Below are positions 8,831 through 19,100 of a DNA stretch of 56,157 nucleotides, piece after piece. The stretch spans positions 1-56,157 of the forward strand of contig JAJDWM010000338.1 in the NCBI GenBank assembly GCA_022825595.1, given 5' to 3'. Below the pieces are notes generated by a model, which saw only the letters and a list, made by a program, of their open reading frames with translations, was not told the origin of the DNA and did no database searches. The position numbers and the translations under genes are program-made. The DNA is from Bryobacterales bacterium (GTDB lineage: Bacteria; Acidobacteriota; Terriglobia; Bryobacterales; UBA6623). Within the stretch, counting starts at the first letter, position 1. Every line of letters begins with the position of its first letter.

Positions 8831-9398
8831 GTTTCCTCACTTTGGGTTTGCGCAGCTTCTTGACGGCCCTCGAGACATAGCTGGCGACGGTGGGGATCGC
8901 CACTTCCATTGTCTCGGCCACCTCCCGATATGTGAATCCTTGCGTACGCAGCAGCAGGCACTGCCTCTCGTTCTTGGTCAGCTTGTCCCATGGCAGGTCG
9001 CCAACAATCAGCGAGCGCTCCGGGCCACTCCAGTCCGCCGACGAGGAATGCCGGGCTTCGACCTCCTCCCAGCGGTCCTCGTCCAGCAGGATGGGTTTGG
9101 ACTTCTTTAGATTGTCCAGAAGCAGCCGGCGGCCGACTCGGTAGATCCATCCCTTTGGGTTGTCGATCTCCTCTCCGGCGCAGCGCGCCTGAAAGTAGCG
9201 GAAGAGCGCCTCCTGCGCGATGTCCTCGGTATCGTTCGTGTACCTCAGGCCCGTGCGCAGGAATCGCACAAGGTTCGAGAAGTGCTGCTTGAATAACTCT
9301 TCCGTTTCCCACGCCGCTCGCGTGGTCGGGTCCGGCTGGGAGTATGAATGCACTGCAACCCCGCGCCGCCACCAGATCCGCGCCAGCCTCATAGTCAA
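8790..9398 (-). CDS. ECF-type RNA polymerase sigma factor (sigma-70 family group 4)
   Basis: 202 aa. Region 2 is ..DTEDIAQEALFRYFQ.. and the region 4 HTH is ERQCLLLRTQGFTYREVAETMEVAIPTVASYVSRAVKKLR. Confidence 0.85.
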   Translation of the reverse strand: MTMRLARIWWRRGVAVHSYSQPDPTTRAAWETEELFKQHFSNLVRFLRTGLRYTNDTEDIAQEALFRYFQARCAGEEIDNPKGWIYRVGRRLLLDNLKKSKPILLDEDRWEEVEARHSSSADWSGPERSLIVGDLPWDKLTKNERQCLLLRTQGFTYREVAETMEVAIPTVASYVSRAVKKLRKPKVRKRETPDSRRTAPLR

Positions 9399-9437
9399 GA
9401 CGATTGAGGGGCCGATTCTTGTGGCAGCGACGCTCCA

Positions 9438-9466
9438 ATTTTCGGCTTAAATGCGAAGAAAGTCAA
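9438..9466 (-). promoter_or_regulatory. candidate sigma-70-like promoter for the ECF sigma operon
   Basis: On the minus strand, TTGACT, a 17-nt spacer and GAAAAT lie about 40 nt upstream of the start codon at 9398. This is a pattern match only. Confidence 0.25.
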
Positions 9467-9671
9467 ACTAAGGCCGATTTCGGGGCTGCGACCCGGCTCA
9501 GGGTCGGCTCTGCGTGGAACCTGGTCGATGCCGACTCGCGCAAGCGCCCGCTAGGCCTACCGGAGGAGCGAGGGCTACGCTGTACGTGGTGGCGACGGCC
9601 CTGCTGGTCCTTCAGCAAAGTCTGGCCCGCAGTCAGCGAGGGCCGGGGCAGCGCGCCTGCTTGGAGCATTC

Positions 9672-10628
9672 GTGGACATAGGCATCGAGAGGTTCCTTCG
9701 CCAGATCTTCGCCGCTGACGCGGAGCTAGCCCGGCAACTGCCCTCCTCCTTGCCGCCGGATCCCGATCAGCCGTCCCGCAGGTTCGCCTTGGGTGATCCC
9801 GTGCAGTTTCGCCACAGCGGGAGGAGCGTCAACGGGCATATAGCAAGGAAGACGAGAAAGAAAGGGCTCGTTGTCACCGAGGGCGGCAGCACGTTCTCAG
9901 TTCCGTGGCACTTGCTCGTCGCCCGTCTAGGTGCGGAGCCGAGGCGTGTGGTCACCCAAAGCGACGCGGCCAAGGCGCGATTCCGGGTTGGCGACCGCGT
10001 CCAGTTCAAGCATCGCGGCCGCCCGGTTCAGGGCATGATCGTTCGAATGAACCCGAAGACAGCGGACATCGACTGCGACAACGGCGTCGAGTGGAGAATC
10101 CACTACCAGTTGCTGAACAAGGTCTCATCTGGGCCGCGGAATGGTCCAGCCGGGGTCCTTGAGGCCGTGGCCACCGAGGCCAATCGACTAATGGTGCAGC
10201 ACGGGCTCAAGGGCTGGAGCTTCCAGTTCGACGATGCCGCGCGCAGGGCGGGCGCTTGTTGTCACAGCACTAGGGTGATCTCGTTGGCCCGCGAATACTG
10301 CCTCGCGGTACCCGAGGAGGAGTGGAAGAACACGGTGTTGCACGAGATCGCGCACGCGCTCGTCGGGCCGGGCCATCACCACGACGCGGCTTGGAAGCGC
10401 ACAGCACGGTCGATCGGCTGCACGGCCGACCGCTGCCACTCCGTGACGTTCACGCCTCCCCGGTACATCCTGTCGTGTCCGCGCTGCCGCTGGGCAGCCA
10501 CGCGGTTGAGGCGGAAGCGCCGCCTCATCTGCCGGGAGTGCGGCACCGACCTAGTCTACGATCCGTACTCGGCCGCGCGCTGGGAGCGCATGCGGAACGC
10601 CAGCCCTCAGGCCTCCGGCGCCGACTGA
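9672..10628 (+). CDS. SprT-like zinc-metallopeptidase-domain protein with two N-terminal SH3/KOW-like repeats and a C-terminal zinc ribbon
   Basis: The HExxH site is in VLHEIAHALVGPGHHHDAAW. The zinc ribbon is CPRCRW...CRECG. The two N-terminal repeats are GDPVQFRHSGRSVNGHI... and GDRVQFKHRGRPVQGMI... Confidence 0.65.
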   Translation: MDIGIERFLRQIFAADAELARQLPSSLPPDPDQPSRRFALGDPVQFRHSGRSVNGHIARKTRKKGLVVTEGGSTFSVPWHLLVARLGAEPRRVVTQSDAAKARFRVGDRVQFKHRGRPVQGMIVRMNPKTADIDCDNGVEWRIHYQLLNKVSSGPRNGPAGVLEAVATEANRLMVQHGLKGWSFQFDDAARRAGACCHSTRVISLAREYCLAVPEEEWKNTVLHEIAHALVGPGHHHDAAWKRTARSIGCTADRCHSVTFTPPRYILSCPRCRWAATRLRRKRRLICRECGTDLVYDPYSAARWERMRNASPQASGAD

Positions 10629-10684
10629 CGCAGGGCGGGAGGTTGCGTGTTCGACCGTTGGCGCCGGCTCGCTTGGCCCTTCCT

Positions 10685-11776
10685 TCAGGACTCCTTGGAC
10701 TCGTGCGAGATCCGCACGGTCCAGAGGAACGTGTCGCCAGGGTCCAGGTGCACGAGACCCTCGCGCTTCACCAGCGAGTTCTGGAGGCCGATCCAGGGTT
10801 CTGGGCTGAAGAAGCCCCCTTGCACGTCGCCCCACAGGTTGAACAGCACTGCCGGCGGCGAAGGGGGGTGGCTGGCGGAGTGCGAAATGCGGATCGACAG
10901 TCCCGCCGGGTCCCGGTACTCGACCTCCGGGTCCCTCCCAGGCGGATAGCCCGTCAGCGATGTTGCGGCCAGCGGAGCGTGCTCCCCGAGAGGCATTCCA
11001 TCGGCGAACGGAGGTGCCGGCTGGGCTTCTCCCGTCGGGATTCCGTAGGGCGTCTTGAGGAGCTCTGTGGTAGCCGGTGTCACTAGGACCATACGCTCCG
11101 GATCGCTGCCCTCCACCAGCGGCGCCACGAATGTCACGTGGTTCCCGATCGAGAAGAACATCGGCTCTGAATTCCCGGGGTCGGCGGTCACCGCATAGCG
11201 CAATTCGAGGCGCCCTTCCAGAACGGCGTACTCCACAGTGCAACGGAAACGGAACGGGTACATCTCGAATGTGGCCTGCGTGTCCGCCAAGCTCAGCACG
11301 GCGCGGGCCGACTTCGCGTCCGAGGAAATCTCCTCGACGGTCCAGGGCAGGTCCCGCGCGAAGCCGTGAATGGGCATCGGCCGGCGGACGCCCCGATGGT
11401 CGTAGGCTCCGTCGTCGAAGGATTCCCCGGCGCGTCGTCGATCTTCGAGATCCGGAGGGAAGTTGCGGCCGGTCGCAGGCCACAACAGGGGGCCCTTCCC
11501 CCCGAAGCCCTCGCGAGGAGAGTAGTCGCGGGCAAGCTGCAGTGTCTCGAGCCAACGGCCGGCATACCGCACGCGCAGGCCGCTCAGCTCCCCTCCCTTG
11601 GATGGTGCGATGGCGGCCTCTACCCCGCCGACCTCGTCCCGGAGCACGATCAGCTCGACGGCGGACGGGTCGACGCTCGCCGCGGCCCCGGTCGTGTAGC
11701 GCGCGGGTGGGTCGCCGGGACTGCACCCTAAGGCCAGCAGAACGACGGCCAACGTCATGCGCATGCCGGCCAGCAT
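10685..11776 (-). CDS. aldose 1-epimerase (galactose mutarotase-like) family lipoprotein
   Basis: I place the start at ATG 11776 (MLAGMRMTLAVVLLALGCSPG, a lipobox). The listed start at 12106 overlaps the next gene. Mutarotase-like segments are PIHGFARDLPWTV and MYPFRFRCTVEY. Confidence 0.7.
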   Translation of the reverse strand: MLAGMRMTLAVVLLALGCSPGDPPARYTTGAAASVDPSAVELIVLRDEVGGVEAAIAPSKGGELSGLRVRYAGRWLETLQLARDYSPREGFGGKGPLLWPATGRNFPPDLEDRRRAGESFDDGAYDHRGVRRPMPIHGFARDLPWTVEEISSDAKSARAVLSLADTQATFEMYPFRFRCTVEYAVLEGRLELRYAVTADPGNSEPMFFSIGNHVTFVAPLVEGSDPERMVLVTPATTELLKTPYGIPTGEAQPAPPFADGMPLGEHAPLAATSLTGYPPGRDPEVEYRDPAGLSIRISHSASHPPSPPAVLFNLWGDVQGGFFSPEPWIGLQNSLVKREGLVHLDPGDTFLWTVRISHESKES

Positions 11777-11793
11777 AGCGCGGCTGACCGCCG

Positions 11794-12165
11794 CTAGATC
11801 GGGTGTCCGCCGCGGTCGATCAGGTGCAGAATGTTGCCCTCGGGGTCCAGGAAGAACGCCAGCCGGTTCGGCCCAGCCTCGACGAACTGTACAATCTTTA
11901 TCCCCTTGGACCTCAGGTCGTCCACGCCGGCGTCGAAGTCGTCGACCTTGATGGCCAGGTGGCGGATGCCGGGAGTGCGCATGCCGCACTTGGCCGGGTC
12001 GCCCTCGGACGGGATCAGCTCCAGCATGGATCCGTCTGAGGCTCGCACGAACACGTTGCCCCCATAGCGGTGCACGATCGGCATCTCCAGAGTGCGCTCG
12101 TACCACCCTGCCAGCGCTTCCGGATCCTCCGTTGCGATGGCGGTGTGCTCGATTCCGTTGTACAT
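11794..12165 (-). CDS. VOC/glyoxalase-bleomycin-resistance family protein
   Basis: 123 aa. GIEHTAIATEDPEALAGWYERTL and GIRHLAIKVDDFDAGVDDLRSKGIKI are paired beta-alpha-beta-beta-beta modules. The start overlaps the lpxA stop (TGATG). Confidence 0.75.
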   Translation of the reverse strand: MYNGIEHTAIATEDPEALAGWYERTLEMPIVHRYGGNVFVRASDGSMLELIPSEGDPAKCGMRTPGIRHLAIKVDDFDAGVDDLRSKGIKIVQFVEAGPNRLAFFLDPEGNILHLIDRGGHPI

Positions 12166-12980
12166 CAGGCTCTTCCCCTTTCGCGGCCCCTGCGGCGGCA
12201 GACCCCGCGCTTCGAGGACCGGATGAACTCGACCATGTGGCGTACGTGCGGGCCGTCCACCTCGGCCTCTACCTTTGCCAGCGCCTGCTCCATCGGGAGC
12301 GCCGACCGGAACAGAGTGCGGTAAGCCGCGCGGATCTTGGCGATCTCCGCATCCGTGAGGCCGGCCCGCCGCAGACCCACCAGATTAAGGCCGTGCACGG
12401 CCATCGTCGGGCCGGCGTGCATCAGGTAGGGAGTCACGTCTTGGTTTACGCGCGTCATGCCGCCGACGATCGCTAGCTCCCCGATGCGCAAGTGCTGCTG
12501 GACCCCGATTCCCCCGGAGACGAAGGCGCGATCCTCGATATGCACATGCCCCGAGATCAGGGTGCAGCTGGCGATCACCGTCCCGTTCCCAATGCGGCAG
12601 TCGTGCGCGATGTGGCCCGACGTCATGATGAAGTTGTCGTCCCCGATGATCGTCTCAGACTCGGGCGCGGTCCCGCGGGAAATCGTGAAGTGCTCGCGAA
12701 TCTTGTTGCCCCGGCCGATGCGCAGGTAGGAACGCTCGCCGCGGAACGCCCTGTCGAGAGGGTTGCTGCCCAGCACGGCTCCTGCCGAGACTTCGTTGTC
12801 CTCGCCCATGCTGGTCCAGCGCTTCACCACCACATGCGGCCCGATCTTGCACCGCGGCCCGATCCGCACGTCGTCCTCGATGACCGAGAAGTCGCCGATC
12901 TCTGCGCCTGCGCCGACTTCGGCGGTAGTCCCGAGTATCGCCGTTGCCGCGATTCGCGCCGACGGGTGGACTATCGGCAT
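12165..12980 (-). CDS. lpxA: acyl-ACP--UDP-N-acetylglucosamine O-acyltransferase
   Basis: I place the start at ATG 12980 (MPIVHPSARIAATAILG...). There are hexapeptide repeats throughout, and the C-terminal helical domain reads GLNLVGLRRAGLTDAEIAKIRAAYRTLF. Confidence 0.85.
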   Translation of the reverse strand: MPIVHPSARIAATAILGTTAEVGAGAEIGDFSVIEDDVRIGPRCKIGPHVVVKRWTSMGEDNEVSAGAVLGSNPLDRAFRGERSYLRIGRGNKIREHFTISRGTAPESETIIGDDNFIMTSGHIAHDCRIGNGTVIASCTLISGHVHIEDRAFVSGGIGVQQHLRIGELAIVGGMTRVNQDVTPYLMHAGPTMAVHGLNLVGLRRAGLTDAEIAKIRAAYRTLFRSALPMEQALAKVEAEVDGPHVRHMVEFIRSSKRGVCRRRGRERGRA

Positions 12981-13089
12981 GCAGGTTTGGGGTCGGCCTC
13001 GCGCCGAGCGTGCAGGCACCGGCACCGGAGCGCGGACCATCGGGCCCGGCGCCCGGCCATGATAGCCTACTGGGTTCGAATCGGCGGCA

Positions 13090-14628
13090 ATGGCCCTCCC
13101 CCCGAACCTCCCGCGCGTCTGCGCCTGCATCGGTCACACTGACGCCGACCGGGCGGAGGCCTTGGCCATGGCCAGCTGTGCCCATGGCGAAGCTCTGGTG
13201 GAGCTTCGCATCGACGCTTTGGCCGATCCCTCGCGCGGTCCGGGCATCGTGGCGGGTGTCGCGGCCCGTAATCCGGCGGCGTTTGTGCTGGCCACCTGTA
13301 GGCGGAGGGAGAATTCGGGGGGGTTCGATGGCTCGGTCTCCGACCAGCTGGCGCTGCTTCGCAGGGCGGCAGATCGCGGCGCAAGGATCGTCGACATCGA
13401 GATCGAGACTCTGGAGGCGGCGCCCGGGGCCCTTGAACCGTTCCGCGGTCGCTGCCTGACCTTGGCGTCGTACCACGACTTCGAGCGGACCGGGCCCCTG
13501 GACCGGGTCGTGCGAAGGCTCGAGGCGACCGGTGCGGACATTCTCAAGGTCGCCACCCGGGTGAACCGCCCCACGGACAACTTGGCCTTGCTGGATCTCT
13601 GCCGGGCGCGCCGAAACATGGTCGTCGCCGGCATGGGCGAGGAGGGCAGCGTTGCGCGCCTCGTATCCCCGCAGCGTGGCGGCCTCTTCACCTACGCTGC
13701 TCCGGATTCCTACCGGTGGCCTGCCGGCGGCCCCGGCGGGGAGACCGTTTCGGCCGGGCCGACGGCACCTGGCCAAGTCTCGGCCCGCGCCGCCCGTCTC
13801 CTCTACCGCATCGCAAGCGGCAGCGAGGCCACCGGAGTCTATGCGGTGATCGCGCGACCGGTGGGCCACTCGCTCTCGCCGCTGATCCACAATCGCGCCT
13901 TCGAGGCGGTCGGCTTCGATGGGATCTATGTGCCGTTGCTCGTGCGACCTTCCCATGTACCGGACTTCTTCGACCTGGCCCGGCGGCTGCCCGTGAGCGG
14001 GGCAAGCGTGACGATCCCCCACAAACAGGCTGTGATCCCGCTCCTCGATTCGGTCGACGAGACGGCGCGGGAGATCGGCGCCGTCAACACGATCTACTGG
14101 CGCGGGGGGCAGCTCGCGGGCACGAACACCGATGCGCGGGGGATCGTCAGCCCGCTCCTCAAGCGGACGCCCCTGGACGAAGCGACAGTCTTGGTGGTGG
14201 GCAATGGCGGCGCTGCCAAGGCCGCGGTAACGGCCTTGCGGCAGGAGGGCTGCCAAGTGTCGGTCACTGGGCGCAACCCCGCGCGCGTCGCGCGCTTGGC
14301 CCAAGAGCATGGGGTCCGCCCACTGGACTTTTCCGACGCCACAGGCCGCTTCTTCGACATTCTGGTGCAGGCGACCCCGGTCGGGATGACGCCGCACGTG
14401 GACGGCAACCTGTTCCCGGGCCGCGTGCCCGCGAAGATCGTCTTCGACCTGGTGTACAACCCGTTGGAGACGGTCCTCCTCCGGCATGCGGCCGACCAGG
14501 GAAGGACCGTCATCAGCGGCATCGAGATGTTCGTGGAGCAGGCCGCGGAACAGTTTCGGATCTGGACCGGAATGGAGGCGCCGCGGGCCGTGATGCGCGA
14601 CGCCTTGCTCGCACATAAAGTGAAGTAA
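13090..14628 (+). CDS. aroDE: bifunctional 3-dehydroquinate dehydratase (type I) / shikimate 5-dehydrogenase
   Basis: The N-terminal half has ELRIDAL, ASYHDFERTG and ADILKVAT (AroD type I). The C-terminal half has VYAVIARPVGHSLSPLIHNRAF, VTIPHK and AVNT (AroE). Confidence 0.85.
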   Translation: MALPPNLPRVCACIGHTDADRAEALAMASCAHGEALVELRIDALADPSRGPGIVAGVAARNPAAFVLATCRRRENSGGFDGSVSDQLALLRRAADRGARIVDIEIETLEAAPGALEPFRGRCLTLASYHDFERTGPLDRVVRRLEATGADILKVATRVNRPTDNLALLDLCRARRNMVVAGMGEEGSVARLVSPQRGGLFTYAAPDSYRWPAGGPGGETVSAGPTAPGQVSARAARLLYRIASGSEATGVYAVIARPVGHSLSPLIHNRAFEAVGFDGIYVPLLVRPSHVPDFFDLARRLPVSGASVTIPHKQAVIPLLDSVDETAREIGAVNTIYWRGGQLAGTNTDARGIVSPLLKRTPLDEATVLVVGNGGAAKAAVTALRQEGCQVSVTGRNPARVARLAQEHGVRPLDFSDATGRFFDILVQATPVGMTPHVDGNLFPGRVPAKIVFDLVYNPLETVLLRHAADQGRTVISGIEMFVEQAAEQFRIWTGMEAPRAVMRDALLAHKVK

Positions 14629-14650
14629 GCGCTCCAGAGGGCGCTGCATC

Positions 14651-16123
14651 ATGGCTCAGCCAGGGTTGAGAGAGTTCAGGCGCCTAGCCGAGACCGGGAA
14701 CTTAGTGCCGGTGTGGAAGGTGCTTCCCGCCGATCTGGAGACTCCGGTCTCTGCCTACCTGAAGCTCAACGGCGAGAACCGCTGCTCGTTCCTGCTGGAG
14801 AGCGTCGAGGGCGGCCAGCGGATCGGACGCTACACGTACATCGGGGTCGACCCTTTCCTCACTGTGACCGCCCACGGCGACACAGTCGAAGTGCGCGACG
14901 GCGCAAGTGCCCGCACGTTGCGCGGGGACGTGTTCTCCGTGCTGAAGACCTTGGCCTCGCGCAATCGGCCGGCCCGCGTCGAGGGCCTGCCCCCTTTCAC
15001 GGCGGGCGCCGTCGGATATGCGGCGTACGACGTGGTGCGGCTGCTGGAGCCGCGCGTCCCCGCTTTCCGCCGCGACGACGTCGGCGCTCCCGACGCAGTG
15101 TTCATGTTCTTCACCGAGGTGCTGGTGTTCGACCACCTCACGCACCAGCTGTACTTGGTGGCGAATGCCCGCGTGGATCCCGACTGCGACGAATCGGCAT
15201 CCTACGCCCGCGCCTGCGAAAAGCTGGCGGCCATGGAGGCGGCACTGTCGCGCCCCGTTGCGGACGGCCGCGCCCCCGTCCCGGACGGCTCGCTGGAGCT
15301 GCGGTCGAACATGGGGAAGGAAGCGTATTGCAGTGCCGTCGAGCGTGCCCGCGAGTACATCCTCGCGGGCGACATCCTGCAGGTGGTCCTGTCGCAGAGG
15401 CTGGAGATGGAGCCGGGCGTGGCACCCTTCCTCATCTACCGTGCGCTGCGCATGGTCAATCCGTCGCCCTACTTGTTCCACCTGCGCCTGCCGGACTTCG
15501 TCGTCCTGGGAAGCTCTCCCGAGATGCTGGTCAAGGTCAGTGGCAGGAGGATCGAGTACCGGCCTATCGCGGGGACGAGGCCGCGGGGCGCTACGCCCGA
15601 CGAGGACCGCGAGCTGGCCGCCGATCTGCTGTCCGACGAGAAGGAGCTCGCCGAGCACGTGATGCTAGTCGACCTTGGGCGAAACGATGTGGGGCGGGTC
15701 TCCGAGTATGGTTCGGTTCGTGTTCCGGAGTTCGAGGTGATCGAGCACTACTCGCACGTCATGCACATCGTCTCCGGTGTCGAGGGGACCCTTCGGTCGG
15801 ACCGCGACGCCTTCGACGCCCTCAAGGCCTGTTTCCCCGCGGGCACGGTCTCTGGCGCGCCCAAGGTGCGGGCCATGGAGATCATCGCCGAACTGGAGCC
15901 GACCAAGCGCGGAGTGTACTCGGGCAGCGTAATGTACCTGGACTTCTCTGGCACGCTCACCTCGGCGATTGCCATCCGCACGATGATGCTGCAGGGGCGC
16001 AAGGCCTACCTGCAGGTGGGAGCAGGGATCGTGGCTGACTCTGTCCCAGATCGCGAGTGGGACGAGACAATGAACAAGGCGCGCGCCCTGCTGCGAGCCG
16101 TCGAGCTTGCGAGGGAGCTCTAG
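14651..16123 (+). CDS. trpE: anthranilate synthase component I
   Basis: 490 aa with conserved segments LESVEGG, SPEMLVKV, IAGTRPRG, LSDEKELAEHVMLVDLGRNDVGRV and GVYSGSVMYLDF. Confidence 0.9.
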   Translation: MAQPGLREFRRLAETGNLVPVWKVLPADLETPVSAYLKLNGENRCSFLLESVEGGQRIGRYTYIGVDPFLTVTAHGDTVEVRDGASARTLRGDVFSVLKTLASRNRPARVEGLPPFTAGAVGYAAYDVVRLLEPRVPAFRRDDVGAPDAVFMFFTEVLVFDHLTHQLYLVANARVDPDCDESASYARACEKLAAMEAALSRPVADGRAPVPDGSLELRSNMGKEAYCSAVERAREYILAGDILQVVLSQRLEMEPGVAPFLIYRALRMVNPSPYLFHLRLPDFVVLGSSPEMLVKVSGRRIEYRPIAGTRPRGATPDEDRELAADLLSDEKELAEHVMLVDLGRNDVGRVSEYGSVRVPEFEVIEHYSHVMHIVSGVEGTLRSDRDAFDALKACFPAGTVSGAPKVRAMEIIAELEPTKRGVYSGSVMYLDFSGTLTSAIAIRTMMLQGRKAYLQVGAGIVADSVPDREWDETMNKARALLRAVELAREL

Positions 16124-16133
16124 CCGAGCGTTC

Positions 16134-19100
16134 TCAGTCGCGTCGCAGGCTGTCCAGGACGGGAAGGCGCAGGGCCATCACCGTCGCCGCGGCTCCAGAC
16201 AGCAGTCCCAAAGCCACCACCGTGCCAAGCGTGAGCGCCAGGCCGATCCACGGGGGATCGGCGGACCCGCTGGCTAGGTGGGGGGCGACGGCCAGCAGGG
16301 CGGCCGCCGTGCCGGCCACCATGCCGAACACCAGCAGGAACGAGTTCTCCGCCAGTACCAGCCGCGAGACTGCGGACCGCCGGAAGCCCAGGGCGCCCAG
16401 CAGGGCGATCTCGCCACGGCGCTCAAGCACGCTGCGCACCATTACCACCGCCAGCCCCAGCGTGCCCAGCAGCAGTCCCAGCCCGCCGACGGTCTGGAAC
16501 GTGCTCAGGTAGGTGTTCTCCACCGCCAGGAAGCCCGCCAGCCGGTCCGCGGTGCGAGTTGCGTCCAGCCCCGCGTCCGCGAAGGCATCTTCCAGCGCTG
16601 CGCCCACTGCCGGGTCGTCCGTCTCGACCAGCAGCGACTGGTAGCCGCTGTGGTCGGGATAGAGCCGCAGGAAGTTCCGCTCCGACAGGACGAGTTCCGA
16701 CTGGAAGATGCTCCTCGAAAGCAGACCGGCGATCACGAGCCTCCGCGGCTGGCCGTCACTGCCCTTGACCTCCAGCTCATCCCCTAGTCCTAGGTGGAGA
16801 ATCCACATGACGGAGTTGACGTCGCCGAACACGGGAATCGCCCCGGCGAAGTCCCTCTCGAGCAGGAGCCAAGGGTTCTCGTGCTCCGCGTCCGTCTCGG
16901 CTAGGCTCGACTGAAAAGCGAAGCCTCCCCGATTGACGAGCGTGTCCGGAACGCTGGCCAGCGTCGGCTCAGACGGCCTGTAAAGGTTCAGGCAGCTTGC
17001 ATCCTCGCCGCCGTGAACGCGCATGGCCTGCAGCGACACGGGCGAGGCGCTCTCGCCGACGGCGCCCGCCAGCTGCGCCGCGAACAGCGGCACGTCCGCC
17101 TCGGCCACAAACCGGAAGCCGCCGTCCCCTGAGTCAAGGGCGGGCTCCCGCGAGCTGACGTCGATCCGATTCATGGCGACCGTCACGATCATGAAGGAGG
17201 CGCAGGCCACCAGCGTGGCCGTGAGCACGCTGCGGGTAGGGTTGCGGCTTCCGTTCCGGAATCCGAGCGTGGCGATGCCTGGGAGCGTCCCGGCCCCACC
17301 CTGGCGCCCAGTCAGAACGGACCGGAGAACTACCAGCGCGCACGCCAGTCCGAGCGTGCCCGCGCCGAAGAACGCGGCGAGCCGTGCGGCCGCGTCGGCC
17401 GCCGCTGAGAGGCCCAGCAGAGCTGAAGCAAGGGCTCCTAGAGCTATGGCCGCAAGCCGTAGGCGCCGGGCCTTTCGGGCGTCGGCTCCCACACTCTGGC
17501 CCGTTCCCGTTCGTCCGGCCAGCAGCGACCGGGGCGACAGCCGCAGTAGCCGCCTGAGCGAGAGCCAGATCGACGCGAGCATAAGGGCGAGGGCGATCAG
17601 GGCCCCGGCCAGTGGATCCTGCCATCGCACGTGCAGTTCGAGGAAGGAGCCGCCCACGGCGTCGCTCCACCACGTGCTGAGGCCGTACAGCATGGCCCAC
17701 GCATAGCCGACCCCGCCGGGCACGCCGATCAGGCAGCCCGCACCCGCGAGCAGCGCCCCTTCGGCAAACAGCATGCGGCGCGCAAATCGGGCGGTGTGGC
17801 CGGTGGCGAGCAGCGTTCCGATCTCTCTGGAGCGCAGTTCGACGCCCAGCCGGAAGAGCAGGCTCACCAATATCGCGGCGGAGGCGATCAGGAAAAGGCT
17901 GAAGCCTACGAAGAGTCCCGCAAAGTCCGTAGCGCCCGCCGAGGCGTCCAACCCCGTTTGCTTGACCGGCTGCAGCGCGAGCCCGAAGTCCGCCGGGTCC
18001 AGCTGGCGGTCCAATTCCCGCCGGAACGGCCCCAGATCGTCGGGCGCCAACCGGCCCGCGGAGGCCCGCAGCCGCACGGATGTCAGCTGCCCAAAGCGGC
18101 TTGTCCACAGGCGCTTGGCGGTCGGCAGCGAAACGAAGGCCTTGGGAGCGGCGCGGTAGTTGTCCCAGTACTCCTCGTCCTTGGGGCGGATCCGCCTGAG
18201 GTCGACAGGGAAAGGGGGGTCCCAGCTGGCCATCCGCGTCTTGTCCGTCATCCCCTTGTAGGTAGGGGCCCAGTGCCGATCGACGGCGGCCCCGGCCATT
18301 CGGGCCACCCCTGCCAGACGGAACTCGTGCTGCTCCTCTTCCAGGTCGCCCCCGGCCCCCACCTTGAAGTACGTCAGGCGGACTTGGTCTCCGGGCCCCG
18401 CCCCCAGGTCCCGCGCTGCCCAGTCGTTCAACAGCAGCTCGTCGTCGCCCAAGTCCCGCGCCGTTCCCCCGCCGGTCAGCCGGAGCGCCGCGCTGGCCGA
18501 CTGCGCGGCGGTGACGGTCGAGTAGGGAACGGTGCGTCCGCGCGCCTCGATGGAGTTCGCCAGATAGGTGAGCACTTCGCCCGCTTCCAGCGCCGCGCTG
18601 TCGGCGGCTGCTGCGACCGCCCGCGCTTCTGCGACGGCAAGAACGATGCGCTCGGTCTCGACCACCGCTTCGCCGGAGTCCGGGAGCAGTCGCACCGACA
18701 GGCGCGCGTCCGCCGCACGGAATGTCTCCCGCCAGTTGGAGGCCGCCAGTTCCAGAGCCCCTCCGCCGATGAAGAGAGCGTTCGCCCTCCCGTCTTGGTC
18801 CAGAGCCCGCTGCAGGGCCCGCTTGCCCAGAAAGGCGTTGTAGGGCAGTTGCTGCTGCGGCGACAGGCCGAACCTGCCGGGGCCGCTGTCCTCCAGAACT
18901 CCCGCGACCCTCAGGCGCAGCAGGCGGACATTGTCCTCCTTGCGGCCCATCACGGACTCGGCCGGGATCAGGGAGTCCGTCTGGAATCGCAGCAGCACGT
19001 CCTCTCCTGTGACCGCGCCGAGCTCTCCCGCGAGGCGGCGGTTGAGGAGAACATCGCGGCTGCCTAACTCGGGGGGTTCCATGCCGTAGAACTGCCAGAA

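Noticed and set aside
10685-12106. N-terminal extensions proposed by the ORF track. Affected ORFs are 10685..12106, 12165..13130, 50504..51943, 52941..54452, 31421..32572, 41732..45034 and 23440..27720
   Set aside because: The extensions are Arg/Pro-rich, overlap neighbouring genes or intergenic DNA, and precede an obvious signal peptide or conserved N-terminus at an internal start. I moved the starts accordingly.
12655-14652. 665-aa minus-strand ORF, the longest in this stretch
   Set aside because: It is antisense to the well-supported aroD-aroE fusion and to lpxA. Its composition is Arg/Gly/Pro/Ala-rich low complexity with no motifs, typical of a high-GC shadow ORF.
14702-16038. 318-aa minus-strand and 441-aa plus-strand alternative-frame ORFs over trpE
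   Set aside because: The trpE frame carries all the conserved anthranilate synthase motifs. The alternatives are GC-driven open frames.
17134-19067. 324-aa (minus) and 478-aa (plus) ORFs inside the permease gene
   Set aside because: These are alternative and antisense frames of the FtsX permease, with Arg/Gly/Pro-rich composition and no motifs.
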